64,000 bases of DNA from Heterodontus francisci (taxonomy: Eukaryota), in NCBI RefSeq assembly GCF_036365525.1, contig NW_027141363.1, forward strand, positions 1,302,001 to 1,366,000, read 5' to 3'. The notes under the pieces are model-generated. The model was not told where the DNA came from. It searched no databases and saw only the letters and a program-made list of their open reading frames with translations. Positions 44,188 to 58,600 of this stretch are shown in pieces (position 1 is the stretch's first letter; each line of letters begins with the position of its first letter). The position numbers were made by a program, and so were the translations under genes.

Positions 44188-47100
44188 TTAATAGTCAAAA
44201 TACACACACACAGGAGTGCAATTTGTTGTACTTTTAAATGGTGAGACAGAAATATTTCATAGCTATTTTCAGTTAACATCACATATGAGATAGAAGGACA
44301 AAAACAGATATGGACAGAGAGAGAGAGAGACAGGAGAGAGAGAGAGATACAGAGCCAGACACACACTGGTGGAGGGAACTGTCTGAACCCTTTTAGTCTC
44401 TGGTTTATTAGCTGTGATTTGTTTGTATTTGCGTGCTGCTGAGAGAGTGTCTGTGTAACCAAAGTCAATTCCTGGGTTCTTGCTGTGATATTTTCTTTAA
44501 CAATGCCTTTTAATCAATTTTCTCTCTCTCTCGCCTTAGGAATTTTCACTCACACACACAGATTTTACATTCCATACTGATGTTAGTAAAACTGGCCAAC
44601 AGAAGCTCAGTAACAATCCCCAGTGTCTGCCCAGTCCTGAGAGAGAGATATAGGGAGTGACAGAGAGAGAGAGACAGTGGAAGAGGGAATACAAAACAGC
44701 TTGTAGGAGAAACTTGACATTTATTTGTGTTCCACAGATTTTATTAAAAAGTTGCAAGGGACTAGACACTGCAAAAGCTGTCAGTGCACAACAACACGAA
44801 GAAGCCTGAGAGACTTGAGAAGGGGGAGAAGGGGGGGGAGAAACTTTAAAATCCACACTGATGTCAGTTAAAAATCCCCAAACACAACCTCAGTATTAAT
44901 CCCCATTATCTGCTCAGTCCTGTCTTGTGGGGTTTAGTGTCAAGGTTTTTAGTGGGTGAGAGTGTTGGATCAGTCTTTCCAATTTTCAAACAGCAAGGAA
45001 AGAGTTAAAGGTTTTAAAGTGAACTAAGAGATAGCTGAAAGCAATTGCTGTGCTGGGATTAACATATGAAAGGACTGGAAGAGTCAGGAAGGTTCTGTCC
45101 TGGGATTAACATATCAATGGACAGGCTCTAGCAGGCAGAGAGATTGAGAGACAGCCCAGCAGTCTGTTTCAGTGTGAGGTGAGGGGGAGATCTCTCTCTC
45201 TCTCTCTCTGTCTTCATCTGCTTTATAAACTGTGATTTGATTCAGTTTGAATATTGCTGATGTCTCTGGAACTGAGAGAGGAAACCCTGGGCTCTTGCTG
45301 TGCGAATTCGTTTTAAAATGTCCTCGCTTTGGATTTAAAATGCAATGTGTTTTTTTTATTTTTGTTTCTCTCTCTTTCCTTCTTTGCCTGGAGGAATTTT
45401 CATGGTGAAAACTGCATGGTGAAGGTGGAAAGAGGGAAAGTTTGGCGATGAGCAATCCCTTGGACAGGACCTTCCTGCAGAGGGGACAGAGTGAGGCCTT
45501 GTCCACAGGCTGCAGCCCAGTGGCTCCACGTGAGTTGTGTCGCTTTGTATCAGCGGCCCAGTTTTCATTTTCCTCTCTGGGGCAGCGAGGAAATGAAACC
45601 TGGGCAAAGGTGAAGGTGTCTAAAGGCTTGTTTCAATTGCCCCAATAAAGCTGCTGTTTGTGGGCAGTGCCTTGAACCGGAGGCTGAAATGAAACGTTCA
45701 GCAGTCATTTTAACCTGACAGTGAGTTGGGAGAGTGGATTTCTCTCTCTCTCTCTGAGTGGAGTGAGTGAGTGAGTGAGTGAGTGAGAGAGAGGCAGGAG
45801 AGTGAGAGAAACATGGATGGAATCAGAGGAGTGGAGGGAGGGAGTGAGTGAGGGAGGAAGGGAGGGGGGTAGCTGCCTGTTATCACACTGCTGCTTGTGG
45901 CATGTTACTGTTCACAAACAGCCTGCAGCTTTTCTAACATTGTAATAGTGACAAGCACTTTAAAAAATTAAAAGATTCAACAACAACCTCAGCAGGATAA
46001 ACAGCAACAAATGCAAGAACAACTTCAACAGGGAAAACAGCAACAAAGTCAACAACAACTTCAGCAGGAGAAAAAAACAACAAATTCAACAACAACTTCA
46101 GCAGGATCTGCACGTTGTCTGTTCGTGGGATCTTGCCTTGTAGAAACTGGCTGCCACACTTGCTGCATTACAGCAGTGGCTGTACTTCGAAACAGTCGCA
46201 AAGAATATGGGAATAGCAAAACATATGAGATTAGCAAAACTGTGAGATCTTGGGCTTCATAAATAGAGGCACTGCCTACAAAATATGGGAAGTTATGCTG
46301 AATCTTTATAAAGCTCTAGTTAGGCCCCAACTGGAGTATTGAGTCCAGTTCTGGTCACCACACTTGAGGAAGGATGTAGTGTCCTTGCGAGGGTGCAGAG
46401 GAGATTTACTGGAATGGTTCCAGGGATGAGAGATTTTAGCGACATGGTTAGGTTGTTGAAGCTGTGGTTTGTTCTCCTTGGAGCAAAGGAAATTGAGGGC
46501 AGATTTGGTAGAAGTGTACAAAATGAAGAGATGTTTAGGTAAAGTAGACAAAAGAAAAGCTGTTCCCATGAGCTGATGGTACAAGGACGAGGGGACACTG
46601 GTTCTTGTGCCCATGATCTCAAATCTGTGCCCCTCTGGTTACCGACCCACCTGTCACTGCAAACAGTGTCTCATTACTTACTCTATCAAAACCCCTCATG
46701 GTTCTGAACACCTCTATTGAATCTCCTCTTCACCTTCTCTGGAAAGAGGAAGACAGTCCTAACTCTTCCAAACTCTCCAAATAATCTACACCTCCACACA
46801 TTGCACCCTTCAGGAGATTCCCGAACCTCTGGAATTGTTTGCACATTGCAAGTCATTGCTGTACATTCAATATTCTTCACAACTAAGGAGGAACAATGTG
46901 CTTTGCATTGAGAAACAAGAGGTTCTATTGGACGGTCATGCAGTGAAAGTATCTCCACACTGCAACACCAGAGAAGGCGCAGAGGGGAGGAGAGAGAGGG
47001 CTACAGAGTGTGACAAGGGGGCTGAGATAGGAGGCTTCAAATTCCCACATCATGCTGTGTACTGTTTACCTACACCTGCTGTTTCTGCTGCTCCCAGGTT

Positions 47101-47488
47101 ACTGCTCCTACTTGGAGGGAAATTCAGGCCCCAGTTAATCAGCTTTGAGACACAATTCCTGCTGATATCGAAGGGCTCCAATCAGTTAGAGATTTACTGG
47201 TTTGGTTTTGCTGTTGAGGACAAGTGTCGCTATTTAGCGCCACTGCAGTTATGCCCAGCGATTCTGGGAATCAGCACATGACCCCTGTGCTGGGGCATCA
47301 TGCGGCTGATCGGCTATGGTGTGCATCGTGAGCTTTACCATTAAATCTGTTTTCTGACTTTTCTTCCCCTCTTTACTTCCTTCAGATCATCTGTTTTAGT
47401 ATATCACAAGTGTTGCTCAAACCAGTCACTATGAACGAACAGACTTGGGGAAATCCAGTTGTCTATTTTGTGTGGAATGGTTATGATT

Positions 47489-48468
47489 TGAAAGTGGGAA
47501 ATAATGTCCACAGACTAAGTTTGAAAGGGGAAATCATTAACCAGTAAACAGAGGAATCATTAAGCAAAAAACACAAAAAAAAAGTTGGAAGTGGGAAATC
47601 ATTAACCAGAAAGTGGAAAATAATGTCCAGAGACTCAGTGTGAAAGGGGAAATCATTAACCAAAAAACACAAAAAAAGTTCCGAGTGGGAAATCATTAAC
47701 CAGAAAGTGGAAAAGTATGTCCAGAGACTAAGTGTGAAAGGGGAAATCATTAACCAAAAAACACAAAAAAAGTTCCGAGTGGGAAATCATTAACCAAAAA
47801 ACACAAAAGAAGATCCGAGTGGGAAATCATTAACCAGAAAGTGGGAAATAATGTCCAGAGACTCAGTGTGAAAGGGGAAATCATTAACCAAAAAACACAA
47901 AAAAAGTTCCGAGTGGGAAATCATTAACCAAAAAACACAAAAGAAGATCCGAGTGGGAAATCATTAACCAGAAAGTGGAAAATAATGTCCAGAGACTAAG
48001 TGTGAAAGGGGAAATCATTAACCAGTAAACAGAGGAATCATTAAGCAAAAAACACAAAAAAAAAGTTGGAAGTGGGAAATCATTAACCAGAAAGTGGGAA
48101 ATAATGTCCAGAGACTAAGTGTGAAAGGGGAAATCATTAACCAAAAAACACAAAAAAAGTTCCGAGTGGGAAATCATTAACCAAAAAACACAAAAGAAGA
48201 TCCGAGTGGGAAATCATTAACCAGAAAGTGGAAAATAATGTCCAGAGACTAAGTCCGAAAGGGCAAATGGTTAACCAGAAAATCCGTCCAATAATGTCCA
48301 GAGACCTCAGTGTGAAAGGGGAAATAATGAAGCAAATCAACCTTCCCCGGGCTGCCTATTAAAAGCGGCAAAACTCATTGGAAAGAACCGCAGTCAGAAG
48401 TTGAAGTGACAACTCATTAACCAAAAAAAAAAAAGAAGAGAGTTGGAAGTGGGAAATCATTAACCAAA
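47489..48468 (+). repeat. GGAAATCATTAACC-core tandem repeat, long version (unit 3)
   Basis: Matches unit 2. Confidence 0.9.
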
Positions 48469-49272
48469 ATGCAAATGCAGAAACTGGTTAATGATTTGTC
48501 CACATTTTACAATTGGTTTATGAGTTGTCACTACAACTTTTCACTGCGGTTGGTTACAATGAGTCTTGCCGGGCTTAATAGTCGGCGTTCGGGGCGTTTT
48601 TGCCGAGGAGGCCGTGTTTCCATGCACCTTTCCCGGCATGTTTTTGCAAGGTTGGGTCGGTGGTTCATTGATGGGTGTCCGGGTGTCCGGCCAGGGTCTG
48701 AGAGCCCATCCTGGGGAGGGTTGAGGCGGGGGAGAGGGAGAAGGAGAAGGAGAGCCTCCCCTCTTCCTCGGTACCTGTGTCTATGTGAGGACAGGGGCAT
48801 CCGCCGCTGCTCGATCCAGGCCGGTCGGACGATCGGGATCCGCCCGGGGAGGGACTTTCAAATCTATCGGGTCGGACCACCAAATCCTGCGGGGATTCGG
48901 GATCCAATTCGCGGGTACGATCGGCACCTCGTCCCGCTGTCCGGTTCCCCCATTGACTACAATGGGTTTCATGGAGCCTGAGCTCAGACTCGGTTTTCTC
49001 CGCTATCTCGGACCTTCGGGATCCGCCCGGGAGGGACTTTGAAATCTATCGGGTCGGACCACCAAATCCTGCGGGGATTCGGGATCCAATTCGCGGGTAC
49101 GATCGGCACCTCGTCCCGCTGACTACAACGGGAGTTAATATTTGTGTTTGAAATGATGGGTGAATCTGATAACAATTCTCTCTCCCCAGAAATGAAGTAA
49201 GATTGAGGGACTGGAGTAAAGGTCAGTAATAGTGCAATGTATTTTCCATGACTTAGTGACAAACTCTGTGAT

Positions 49273-50514
49273 TTTAAAGTTTACTCATTCACACCTGTGT
49301 GGTTTTAAAGTTTACTCATTCACACCGGTGTGTTTAAAGTTTACTCATTCACACCGGTGTGTTTAAAGTTTACTCATTCACACCGCTGTGTTTAAAGTTT
49401 ACTCATTCACACCGGTGTGTTCAAAGTTTACTCATTCGCACCGCTGTGTTCAAAGTTTACTCATTCGCACCGCTGTGTTCAAAGTTTACTCATTCGCACC
49501 GCTGTGTTCAAAGTTTACTCATTCGCACCGCTGTGTTCAAAGTTTACTCATTCGCACCGCTGTGTTCAAAGTTTACTCATTCGCACCGGTGTGTTCAAAG
49601 TTTACTCATTCTCACCAGTGTGTTCAAAGTTTACTCATTCACACCGGTGTGTTCAAAGTTTACTCATTCTCACCGGTGTGTTCAAAGTTTACTCATTCTC
49701 ACCAGTGTGTTCAAAGTTTACTCATTCACACCGCTGTGTTCAAAGTTTACTCATTCGCACCGGTGTGTTCAAAGTTTACTCATTCTCACCAGTGTGTTCA
49801 AAGTTTACTCATTCACACCGCTGTGTTCAAAGTTTACTCATTCACACCGCTGTGTTCAAAGTTTACTCATTCACACCGCTGTGTTCAAAGTTTACTCATT
49901 CACACCGCTGTGTTCAAAGTTTACTCATTCACACCGCTGTGTTCAAAGTTTACTCATTCACACCGCTGTGTTCAAAGTTTACTCATTCACACCGCTGTGT
50001 TCAAAGTTTACTCATTCACACCGCTGTGTTCAAAGTTTACTCATTCGCACCGCTGTGTTCAAAGTTTACTCATTCGCACCGGTGTGTTCAAAGTTTACTC
50101 ATTCTCACCAGTGTGTTCAAAGTTTACTCATTCACACCGGTGTGTTCAAAGTTTACTCATTCTCACCGGTGTGTTCAAAGTTTACTCATTCTCACCAGTG
50201 TGTTCAAAGTTTACTCATTCACACCGCTGTGTTCAAAGTTTACTCATTCGCACCGGTGTGTTCAAAGTTTACTCATTCTCACCAGTGTGTTCAAAGTTTA
50301 CTCATTCACACCGCTGTGTTCAAAGTTTACTCATTCACACCGCTGTGTTCAAAGTTTACTCATTCACACCGCTGTGTTCAAAGTTTACTCATTCACACCG
50401 CTGTGTTCAAAGTTTACTCATTCACACCGCTGTGTTCAAAGTTTACTCATTCACACCGCTGTGTTCAAAGTTTACTCATTCACACCGCTGTGTTCAAAGT
50501 TTACTCATTCACAC
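49273..50514 (+). repeat. 29-bp minisatellite (unit 3, ~43 copies)
   Basis: One copy longer; the inter-unit offset shifts by 29. Confidence 0.98.
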
Positions 50515-50989
50515 TCCTCTTGCCCTGTGACGACCGCTGATAGTTTTTCCTGCCGGATTGTCGACTGAACTTTCCTTTATTGGCTTATGTACAGAATATA
50601 AGAGCAGAGAGGTTATGCTCGAACTGTAGAAAGCTCTAGTTTGACCACGACATATAGGAGGAAAGATTGGAACAGGCTGGAATTGTTTTCTTTGGAACTG
50701 AGGCGAGATTTAATTGAAGTGTATAAAATGACGATGGGCTGAGATAGAGTGGATAGATAGGAAGGACCCATTTCCCTTCGCAGACAATTCAAGTAATTGG
50801 AAGAGAGATGAGGGCTAATTTTTTCACCCAGGTAGGGAACTGGAATTCACAGACTGAAAGGGTGGTAGAAACCCTCATCGCGTATAAAAAAACACTCGGA
50901 AGGAATCATTTCTCCACGTCTACCCTGTCCCGTCGAACACTCTCGAAGAACGTACCGCACGGTTTAGAAACCGAGTAAAGCTCCGTTTA

Positions 50990-52157
50990 AATCCCGCCCT
51001 GCACATAAAATGGAGGGAGAATTCCCGCCCTGCACGTAAAATGGAGGTAGAATCCCCCCTGCACATAAAATGGAGGGAGAATCCCCCCCTTCACGTAAAA
51101 TGGAGGTAGAATCCCCCCCTGCACGTAATATGGAGGGAGAATCCCCCCCTGCACGTTAAATGGAGGGAGAAATCCCCCCTGCACGTTAAATGGAGGGAGA
51201 ATTCTCCCCTGCACGTTAAATGGAGGGAGAATCCCCCCTGCACGTAAAATGGAGGGAGAATCCCCCCCTGCACGTAAAATGGAGGGAGAATCCCCCCCTG
51301 CACGTAAAATGGAGGGAGAATCCCCCCCTGCACGTAAAATGGAGGGAGAATCCCCCCCTGCACGTAAAATGGAGGGAGAATCCCCCCCTGCACGTAAAAT
51401 GGAGGGAGAATCCCCCCCTGCACGTAAAATGGAGGGAGAATCCCCCCTGCACGTAAAATGGAGGGAGAATCCCCCCCTGCACGTAAAATGGAGGGAGAAT
51501 CCCCCCCTGCACGTAAAATGGAGGGAGAATCCCCCCCTGCATGTAAAATGGAGGGAGAATCCCCCCCTGCATGTAAAATGGAGGGAGAATCCCCCCCTGC
51601 ATGTAAAATGGAGGGAGAATCCCCCCCTGCACGTAAAATGGAGGGAGAATCCCCCCCTGCACGTAAAATGGAGGGAGAATCCACCCCTTCACGTAAAATG
51701 GAGGGAGAATCCACCCCTTCACGTAAAATGGAGGGAGAATCCACCCCTTCACGTAAAATGGAGGGAAAATCCCCCCTTCATGTAAAATGGAGGTAGAATC
51801 CCCCCCTGCACGTTAAATGGAGGGAGAATTCTCCCCTTCACGTAAAATGGAGGGAGAATCCACCCCTTCACGTAAAATGGAGGGAGAATCCACCCCTTCA
51901 CGTAAAATGGAGGGAGAATCCACCCCTTCACGTAAAATGGAGGGAGAATCCACCCCTTCACGTAAAATGGAGGGAAAATCCCCCCTTCACGTAAAATGGA
52001 GGTAGAATACCCCCCTGCACGTTAAATGGAGGGAGAATTCTCCCCTTCACGTAAAATGGAGGGAGAATCCCCCTCTACACATAAAATGGAGGGAGATACC
52101 TCTCTACGTATAAAATAGAGGGTGTTCCACCTGTACATATAAAATGGAGGGGATCCC
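50990..52157 (+). repeat. 30-bp minisatellite (unit 3)
   Basis: As in unit 1. Confidence 0.98.
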
Positions 52158-53944
52158 ACAGACACTTCACCCATTTTAAAACACTTTTTAAACATTTTTA
52201 TACCAGAAACAGGGCCGAGTATCATATAAACAGAGGCGTGGTCAAATACATTCTTAACTGGTGCATTGGGGTGAGGGGGAGAGAGAGACAGAGAGAGACA
52301 GTAAACTTTGAGGAGGACACAAATAGACTACAAAGGGAGCTGGAGAGAGACCGACAAAGGGAGAGAGAGAAAAAGAGGGAGAAGGAGAGATGGAGGGAGA
52401 GAGAAATAGAGAGAAGCAGAAAAGGTGTGTGAGAGAGAGAGAGAGAGAGAGAGACAGAATCATGGACAGAGGGGGAGAGAATCAGATAGGGAGAGAGACA
52501 GGGGGAGAATGAGATAGGAACAGAGAGAGATACAGAGACTGACACGCACACACACACAGAGGTGGAGGTTGCTGTCTCAATCCTTTGATCCTTCGGTTTA
52601 TAACTCTTATTTGTCTGGAATTGGGTGTTGCTGAGAGAGTGTTTGTGTAACCTTGGGCAATTCCTGGACTCCTGCTGTGCTGGAGTTGGCAGATTACACA
52701 GAGAGACAGACAGGCTGAGAGAGGGAGAGAGAGACACACACAGACAGGCTGAGAGTGAGAGACACACACACAGGCAGGCTGAGAGTGAGAGAGAGACACA
52801 CACACAGGCAGGCTGAGAGTGAGAGAGAGACACACAGGCAGGCTGAGAGAGAGAGAGAGACAGACACACACACAGACAGGCTGAGAGAGAGAGAGAGAGA
52901 CACACAGGCAGGCTGAGAGTGAGAGAGAGACACACACAGGCAGGCTGAGAGAGAGAGAGAGACACACACACACACACAAATAGAGAGAGAGAGAGCAGGA
53001 AAGGACAGGGTAAACACATCCACGCTTCCCAGTCTCTGGCTCTGTGTCGAGGGATGTATTTGGAAGACGGGGAGTCACTGAGAGATTGTTTTATGTCAGT
53101 GTGTGAGAGAAAGAGCTCTGGGCTCTCGCTGTGTTTTATTTCTCTTCAAAAATGCTTTGCTGTGTTTGAATCAATTTTATTTCTCTTATTCCCAAGGAGA
53201 ATCTTTTCGGACGATGCAGAGGGAGAATCTTTTGGCCGCGTGGAATTCTCAGACAAGGGAGGGAAAATAATAATAAATAGATATGTGTCATTGTCAAATT
53301 CATTTCTACATACAGAGCAGAAAACGGGGCTGATAGAAAAACAAAGTGCTGCAAATGCTCAGTATTTCGAACACACTTTTTATTTCACATTTCCAGTATC
53401 CGCACTATTTTGATTTGATGTTTTCCGGGGGGGGGGGGGTCTGTGGATTTATTTTATCCACGAGGGAGGGGGTTGGAGTGTTTGCTCCCAAAGGGAATAG
53501 TTTGGGAAGAGCTGCTCCAGGACAGTCAATGTAATTCCCTACATTTCCCCCCCTCTCTCTCTCTCTCTCTCCATCTCTTGCTGCAACTTGTTCCCTGAAC
53601 CTTCTTCCTAACTTGTGTTTCTTCACATCTTTAAATCCCTATCTCTGTATCTCTCAACATCCTTTCTATCTCTGCCTGTCTCCTTGTGACCCAGGGGGAG
53701 TGGGAATATTTCTATTTCCCTCTCTATTACTCGCTCTGTCTCTCCATGTTGGGTCCCTTTAAGAATCTGGTGCCGACCCCACCCGAAACCGGGGAATCTC
53801 GGCTGGCGCCTTTTCTCTGACCCTTGATCTCCAGACACGTGGGGAGAGGCAGCCAATCAGAGCTCACACTGACGCCCTGGCGGGAAGGAGACGTCATCGG
53901 CCGCCATGTTTGCGTGTCGTCATCAGCCGCCGTCGAACAGAGTC

Positions 53945-55220
53945 CGGGGGAACTATTTAAATGTGGGACTCTGTAAACGGGGGAACTATTTAAATGTGGG
54001 ACTCTGTAAACGGGGGAACTATTTAAATGTGGGACTTTGTAAACGGGGGAACTATTTAAATGTGGGACTCTAAACGGGGGAACTATTTAAATGTGGGACT
54101 CTAAACGGGGGAACTATTTAAATGTGGGACTTTGTAAACGGGGGAACTATTTAAATGTGGGACTCTAAACGGGGGAACTATTTAAATGTGGGACTCTGTA
54201 AACGGGGGAAATATTTAAATGTGGGACTCTGTAAACGGGGGAACTATTTAAATGTGGGACTCTGTAAACGGGGGAACTATTTAAATGTGGGACTCTAAAC
54301 GGGGGAACTATTTAAATGTGGGACTCTGTAAACGGGGGAACTATTTAAATGTGGGACTCTGTAAACGGGGGAACTATTTAAATGTGGGACTCTAAACGGG
54401 GGAACTATTTAAATGTGGGACTCTGTAAACGGGGGAACTATTTAAATGTGGGACTCTAAACGGGGTAACTATTTAAATGTGGGACTCTGTAAACGGGGGA
54501 ACTATTTAAATGTGGGACTCTAAACGGGGGAACTATTTAAATGGGACTCTGTAAACGGGGGAACTATTTAAATGTGACTCTTCCGGGGGAACTATTTAAA
54601 TGTGACTCTATTCCTGGGGAAGTATTTAAATGTGACTCTGTAAACGTGGGAACTATTTAAATGTGACTCTGTTCCTGGGGAAGTATTTAAATGTGACTCT
54701 GTTCCTGGGGAAGTATTTAAGTGTGACTCTGTAAACGGGGGAAGTATTTGAATGTGACTCTGTTCCTGGGGAAGTATTTAAGTGTGACTCTGTAAACGGG
54801 GGAAGTATTAAAATGTGACTCTGTTCCTGGGGAAGTATTTAAGTGTGACTCTGTAAACGGGGGAAATATTTAAATGTGACTCTGTTCCTGGGGAAGTATT
54901 TAAATGTGACTCTGTTCCTGGGGAAGTATTTAAGTGTGACTCTGTAAACGGGGGAAGTATTTGAATGTGACTCTGTTCCTGGGGAAGTATTTAAATGTGA
55001 CTCTGTTCCTGGGGAAGTATTTAAATGTGACTCTGTTCCTGGGGAAGTATTTAAATGTGACTCTTCCGGGGGAAGTATTTAAATGTGACTCTTCCGGGGG
55101 AAGTATTTAAATGTGACTCTTCCGGGGGAAGTATTTAAATGTGACTCTGTTCCTGGGGAAGTATTTAAATGTGACTCTGTTCCTGGGGAAGTATTTAAAT
55201 GTAACTCTGTTCCTGGGGGG
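53945..55220 (+). repeat. 29-33-bp minisatellite (unit 3)
   Basis: As in unit 1. Confidence 0.97.
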
Positions 55221-55683
55221 GTCTTCAAATTAAAACATAAACACAGATTCATTTCCCTCCTCCTCCTCCTCTTGTCTGACTGTCTCAGGGTTTTTTTTGA
55301 ATATTGTTCCATTCTCCACTTCTTCCATGTGTCTGAAGTCTTTGAAGTTTGTCAGACATTGGTAAACTACTTCATGTGGTGTTCTGTAAATAACTTCCAT
55401 TCTGTGTATCTGCAAGGGACACAATTCAAATTCTCACCTTATTGCATCAACCAAAAGCTACAGGTCCATTCAAACACCCCCTATTTCCTGTCTCTGCAAA
55501 GATAGCTCACACTTCCCCAATGCAGGAATGTCTGAATGGAAACAGCTTTGGACACATTTCCCAACACGTTTGCTAAAACTTTTCACGATGAAGCTCGATT
55601 CAACTGACAAGACTCCAAGCCCCAAATTGAATCTTCCCGATATAAAAAAAGTGACGCAAATGAAATCCCAGATCTCTCTGTCC

Positions 55684-58600
55684 CTGCAGAGTGGATTTCT
55701 TTCCCTCTCTGAGTGAGAGGAACAGGAGGGAGAGAGACGCAGGAGACTGAGGGAATCAGAAGGGGAGAGGAGGGATTGCTGGCTGTTATCATTTTGCTTC
55801 TTTTGGGATCTTGCTGTGAACAAATAGCCTGCACAATTTTCCTACATGACAACAATGAGGACACTTTAAAATTCAGCTTCCTGAGGGTCTGAGTGTGGAT
55901 TCTTCAGTGTTTTTACAAGAAGTTTGTGAATCTGAGGGTGAAATGAAACATACGGCAGCCATTTTAGCTTGAGAGTCAGTTCGCAGAGTGGATTTCTCTC
56001 CCTCTCTGACTGAGAGGAACAGGAGGGAGAGTGAGGGAATCAGAGGGGAGAGGAGGGATAGCTGGCTGTTATCACACTGCTGCTTTTGGGATCTTGCTGT
56101 GTACAAATGCCCTGAACATTTCCTACATGACAACAATGAGAACACTTTAAAATTCAGCTTCCTGAGGGTCTGAGTGTGGATTCCTTGGTGTTTTTAACAA
56201 CAAATTTGTAAATCTGAGGGTGAAATGAAACATACGGCAGCCATTTTAGCTTGAGAGTCAGTTCGCAGAGTGGATTTCTCTGTGAGTGAGAGGAAAAGGA
56301 GGGAGAGAGATGCAGGAGAGTGAGGGAATCAGAAGGGATTGCTGGCTGTTATTACACTGCTGCTTTTGGGATCTTGCTGTGTACAAATCTCCTGTTGCAT
56401 TTCCTACATGACAACAATGAGAACACTTTAAAATTCAGCTTCCTGAGGGTCTGAGTGTGGATTCCTTGGTGTTTTTAACAACAAATTTGTAAATCTGAGG
56501 GTGAAATGAAACATACGGCAGCCATTTTAGCTTGAGAGTCAGTTCGCAGAGTGGATTTCTCTGTGAGTGAGAGGAAAAGGAGGGAGAGAGATGCAGGAGA
56601 GTGAGGGAATCAGAAGGGATTGCTGGCTGTTATTACACTGCTGCTTTTGGGATCTTGCTGTGTACAAATCTCCTGTTGCATTTCCTACATGACAACAATG
56701 AGAACACTTTAAAATTCAGCTTCCTGAGGGTCTGAGTGTGGATTCCTGGGTGTTTTTACAAGAATTTTCTGAATCTGTGCGTGAAATGAAACATACGGCA
56801 GCCATTTTAGCTTGAGAGTCATTTCGCAGAGTGGATTTCTCTCTCTGAGTGAGAGGAACAGGAGGGAGAGAGACGCAGGAGAGTGAGGGAATCAGAGGGG
56901 GAGAGGAGGGATAGCTGGCTGTTATCACACTGCTGCTTTTGGGATCTTGCTGTGTACAAATCCCTGCACAATTTCCTACATGACAACAATGACAACACTT
57001 TAAAATTCAGCTTCCTGAGGGTTTGAGTGTGGATTCCTGGGTGTTTTTAAAAGAATTCTCTGAATCTGAGGGTGAAATGAAACATACGGCAGCCATTTTA
57101 GCTTGAGAGTCAGTTCGCAGAGTGGATTTCTCTCTCTCTCTGAGTGAGAGGGACGGGCAGGAGAGTGAGGGAATCAGAGGGGGAGAGGAGGGATAGCTGG
57201 CTGTTATCACACTGCTGCTTTTGGGATCTTGCTGTGTACAAATGCCCTGAACATTTCCTACATGACAACAATGAGAACACTTTAAAATTCAGCTTCCTGA
57301 GGGTCTGAGTGTGGATTCCTTGGTGTTTTTAACAACAAATTTGTAAATCTGAGGGTGAAATGAAACATATGGCAGCCATTTTAGCTTGAGAGTCAGTTCG
57401 CAGAGTGGATTTCTCTCTCTGAGTGAGAGGAACAGGAGGGAGAGATACGCAGGAGAGTGAGGGAATCAGAGGGGGAGAGGAGGGATAGCTGGCTGTTATC
57501 ACACTGCTGCTTTTGGGATCTTGCTGTGTACAAATCCCTGCACAATTTCCTACATGACAACAATGACAACACTTTAAAATTCAGCTTCCTGAGGGTTTGA
57601 GTGTGGATTCCTGGGTGTTTTTAAAAGAATTCTCTGAATCTGAGGGTGAAATGAAACATACGGCAGCCATTTTAGCTTGAGAGTCAGTTCGCAGAGTGGA
57701 TTTCTCTCTCTGAGTGAGAGGAACAGGAGGGAGAGATACGCAGGAGAGTGAGGGAATCAGAAGGGGAGAGGAGGGATAGCTGGCTGTTATCATTTTACTT
57801 CTTTTGGGATCTTGCTGTGTACAAATAGCCTGAACAATTTTCCTACATGACAACAATGACAACACTATAAAATTCAGCTTCCTGAGGGTCTGAGTGTGGA
57901 TTCCTTGGTGTTTTTAACAACAATATTGTAAATCTGAGGGTGAAATGAAACATACGGCAGCCATTTTAGCTTGAGAGTCAGTTCGCAGAGTGGATTTCTC
58001 TCTGAGTGAGAGGAACAGGAGGGAGAGTGATGCAGGAGAGTGAGGGTGTCAGAGGGGGAGAGGAGGGATAGCTGGCTGCTATCACACTGCTGCTTTTGGG
58101 ATCTTGCTGTGTACAAATAGCCAGCACAAATTTCCTACATGACAACAATGAGAACATTTTAAAATTCATCTTCCTGAGGGTCTGAGTGTGGATTCCTTGG
58201 TGTTTTTAACAACAATTTTGTAAATCTGAGGGTGAAATGAAACATACGGCAGCCATTTTAGCTTGAGAGTCAGTTCGCAGAGTGGATTTCTCTCTCTGAG
58301 TGAGAGGAACAGGAGGGAGAGTGATGCAGGAGAGTGAGGGAATCAGAAGGGGAGAGGAGGGATTGCTGGTTGTTATCATTTTGCTTCTTTTGGGATCTTG
58401 CTGTGTACAAATAGCCTGCACAGTTTCCCTACATGACAACAATGAGAACATTTTAAAATTCAGCTTCCTGAGGGTCTGAGTGTGGATTCCTTGGTGTTTT
58501 TAACAACAATTTTGTCAATCTGAGGGTGAAATGAAACATACGGCAGCCATTTTAGCTTGAGAGTCAGTTCGCAGAGTGGATTTCTCCCTCTCAGTGTGAG

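Larger units (their letters stand above)
26041..46305 (+). repeat. Macrosatellite unit 2 (20,265 bp)
   Basis: Offset to unit 3 is 20,265 up to the 29-bp array and 20,294 after it. Confidence 0.97.
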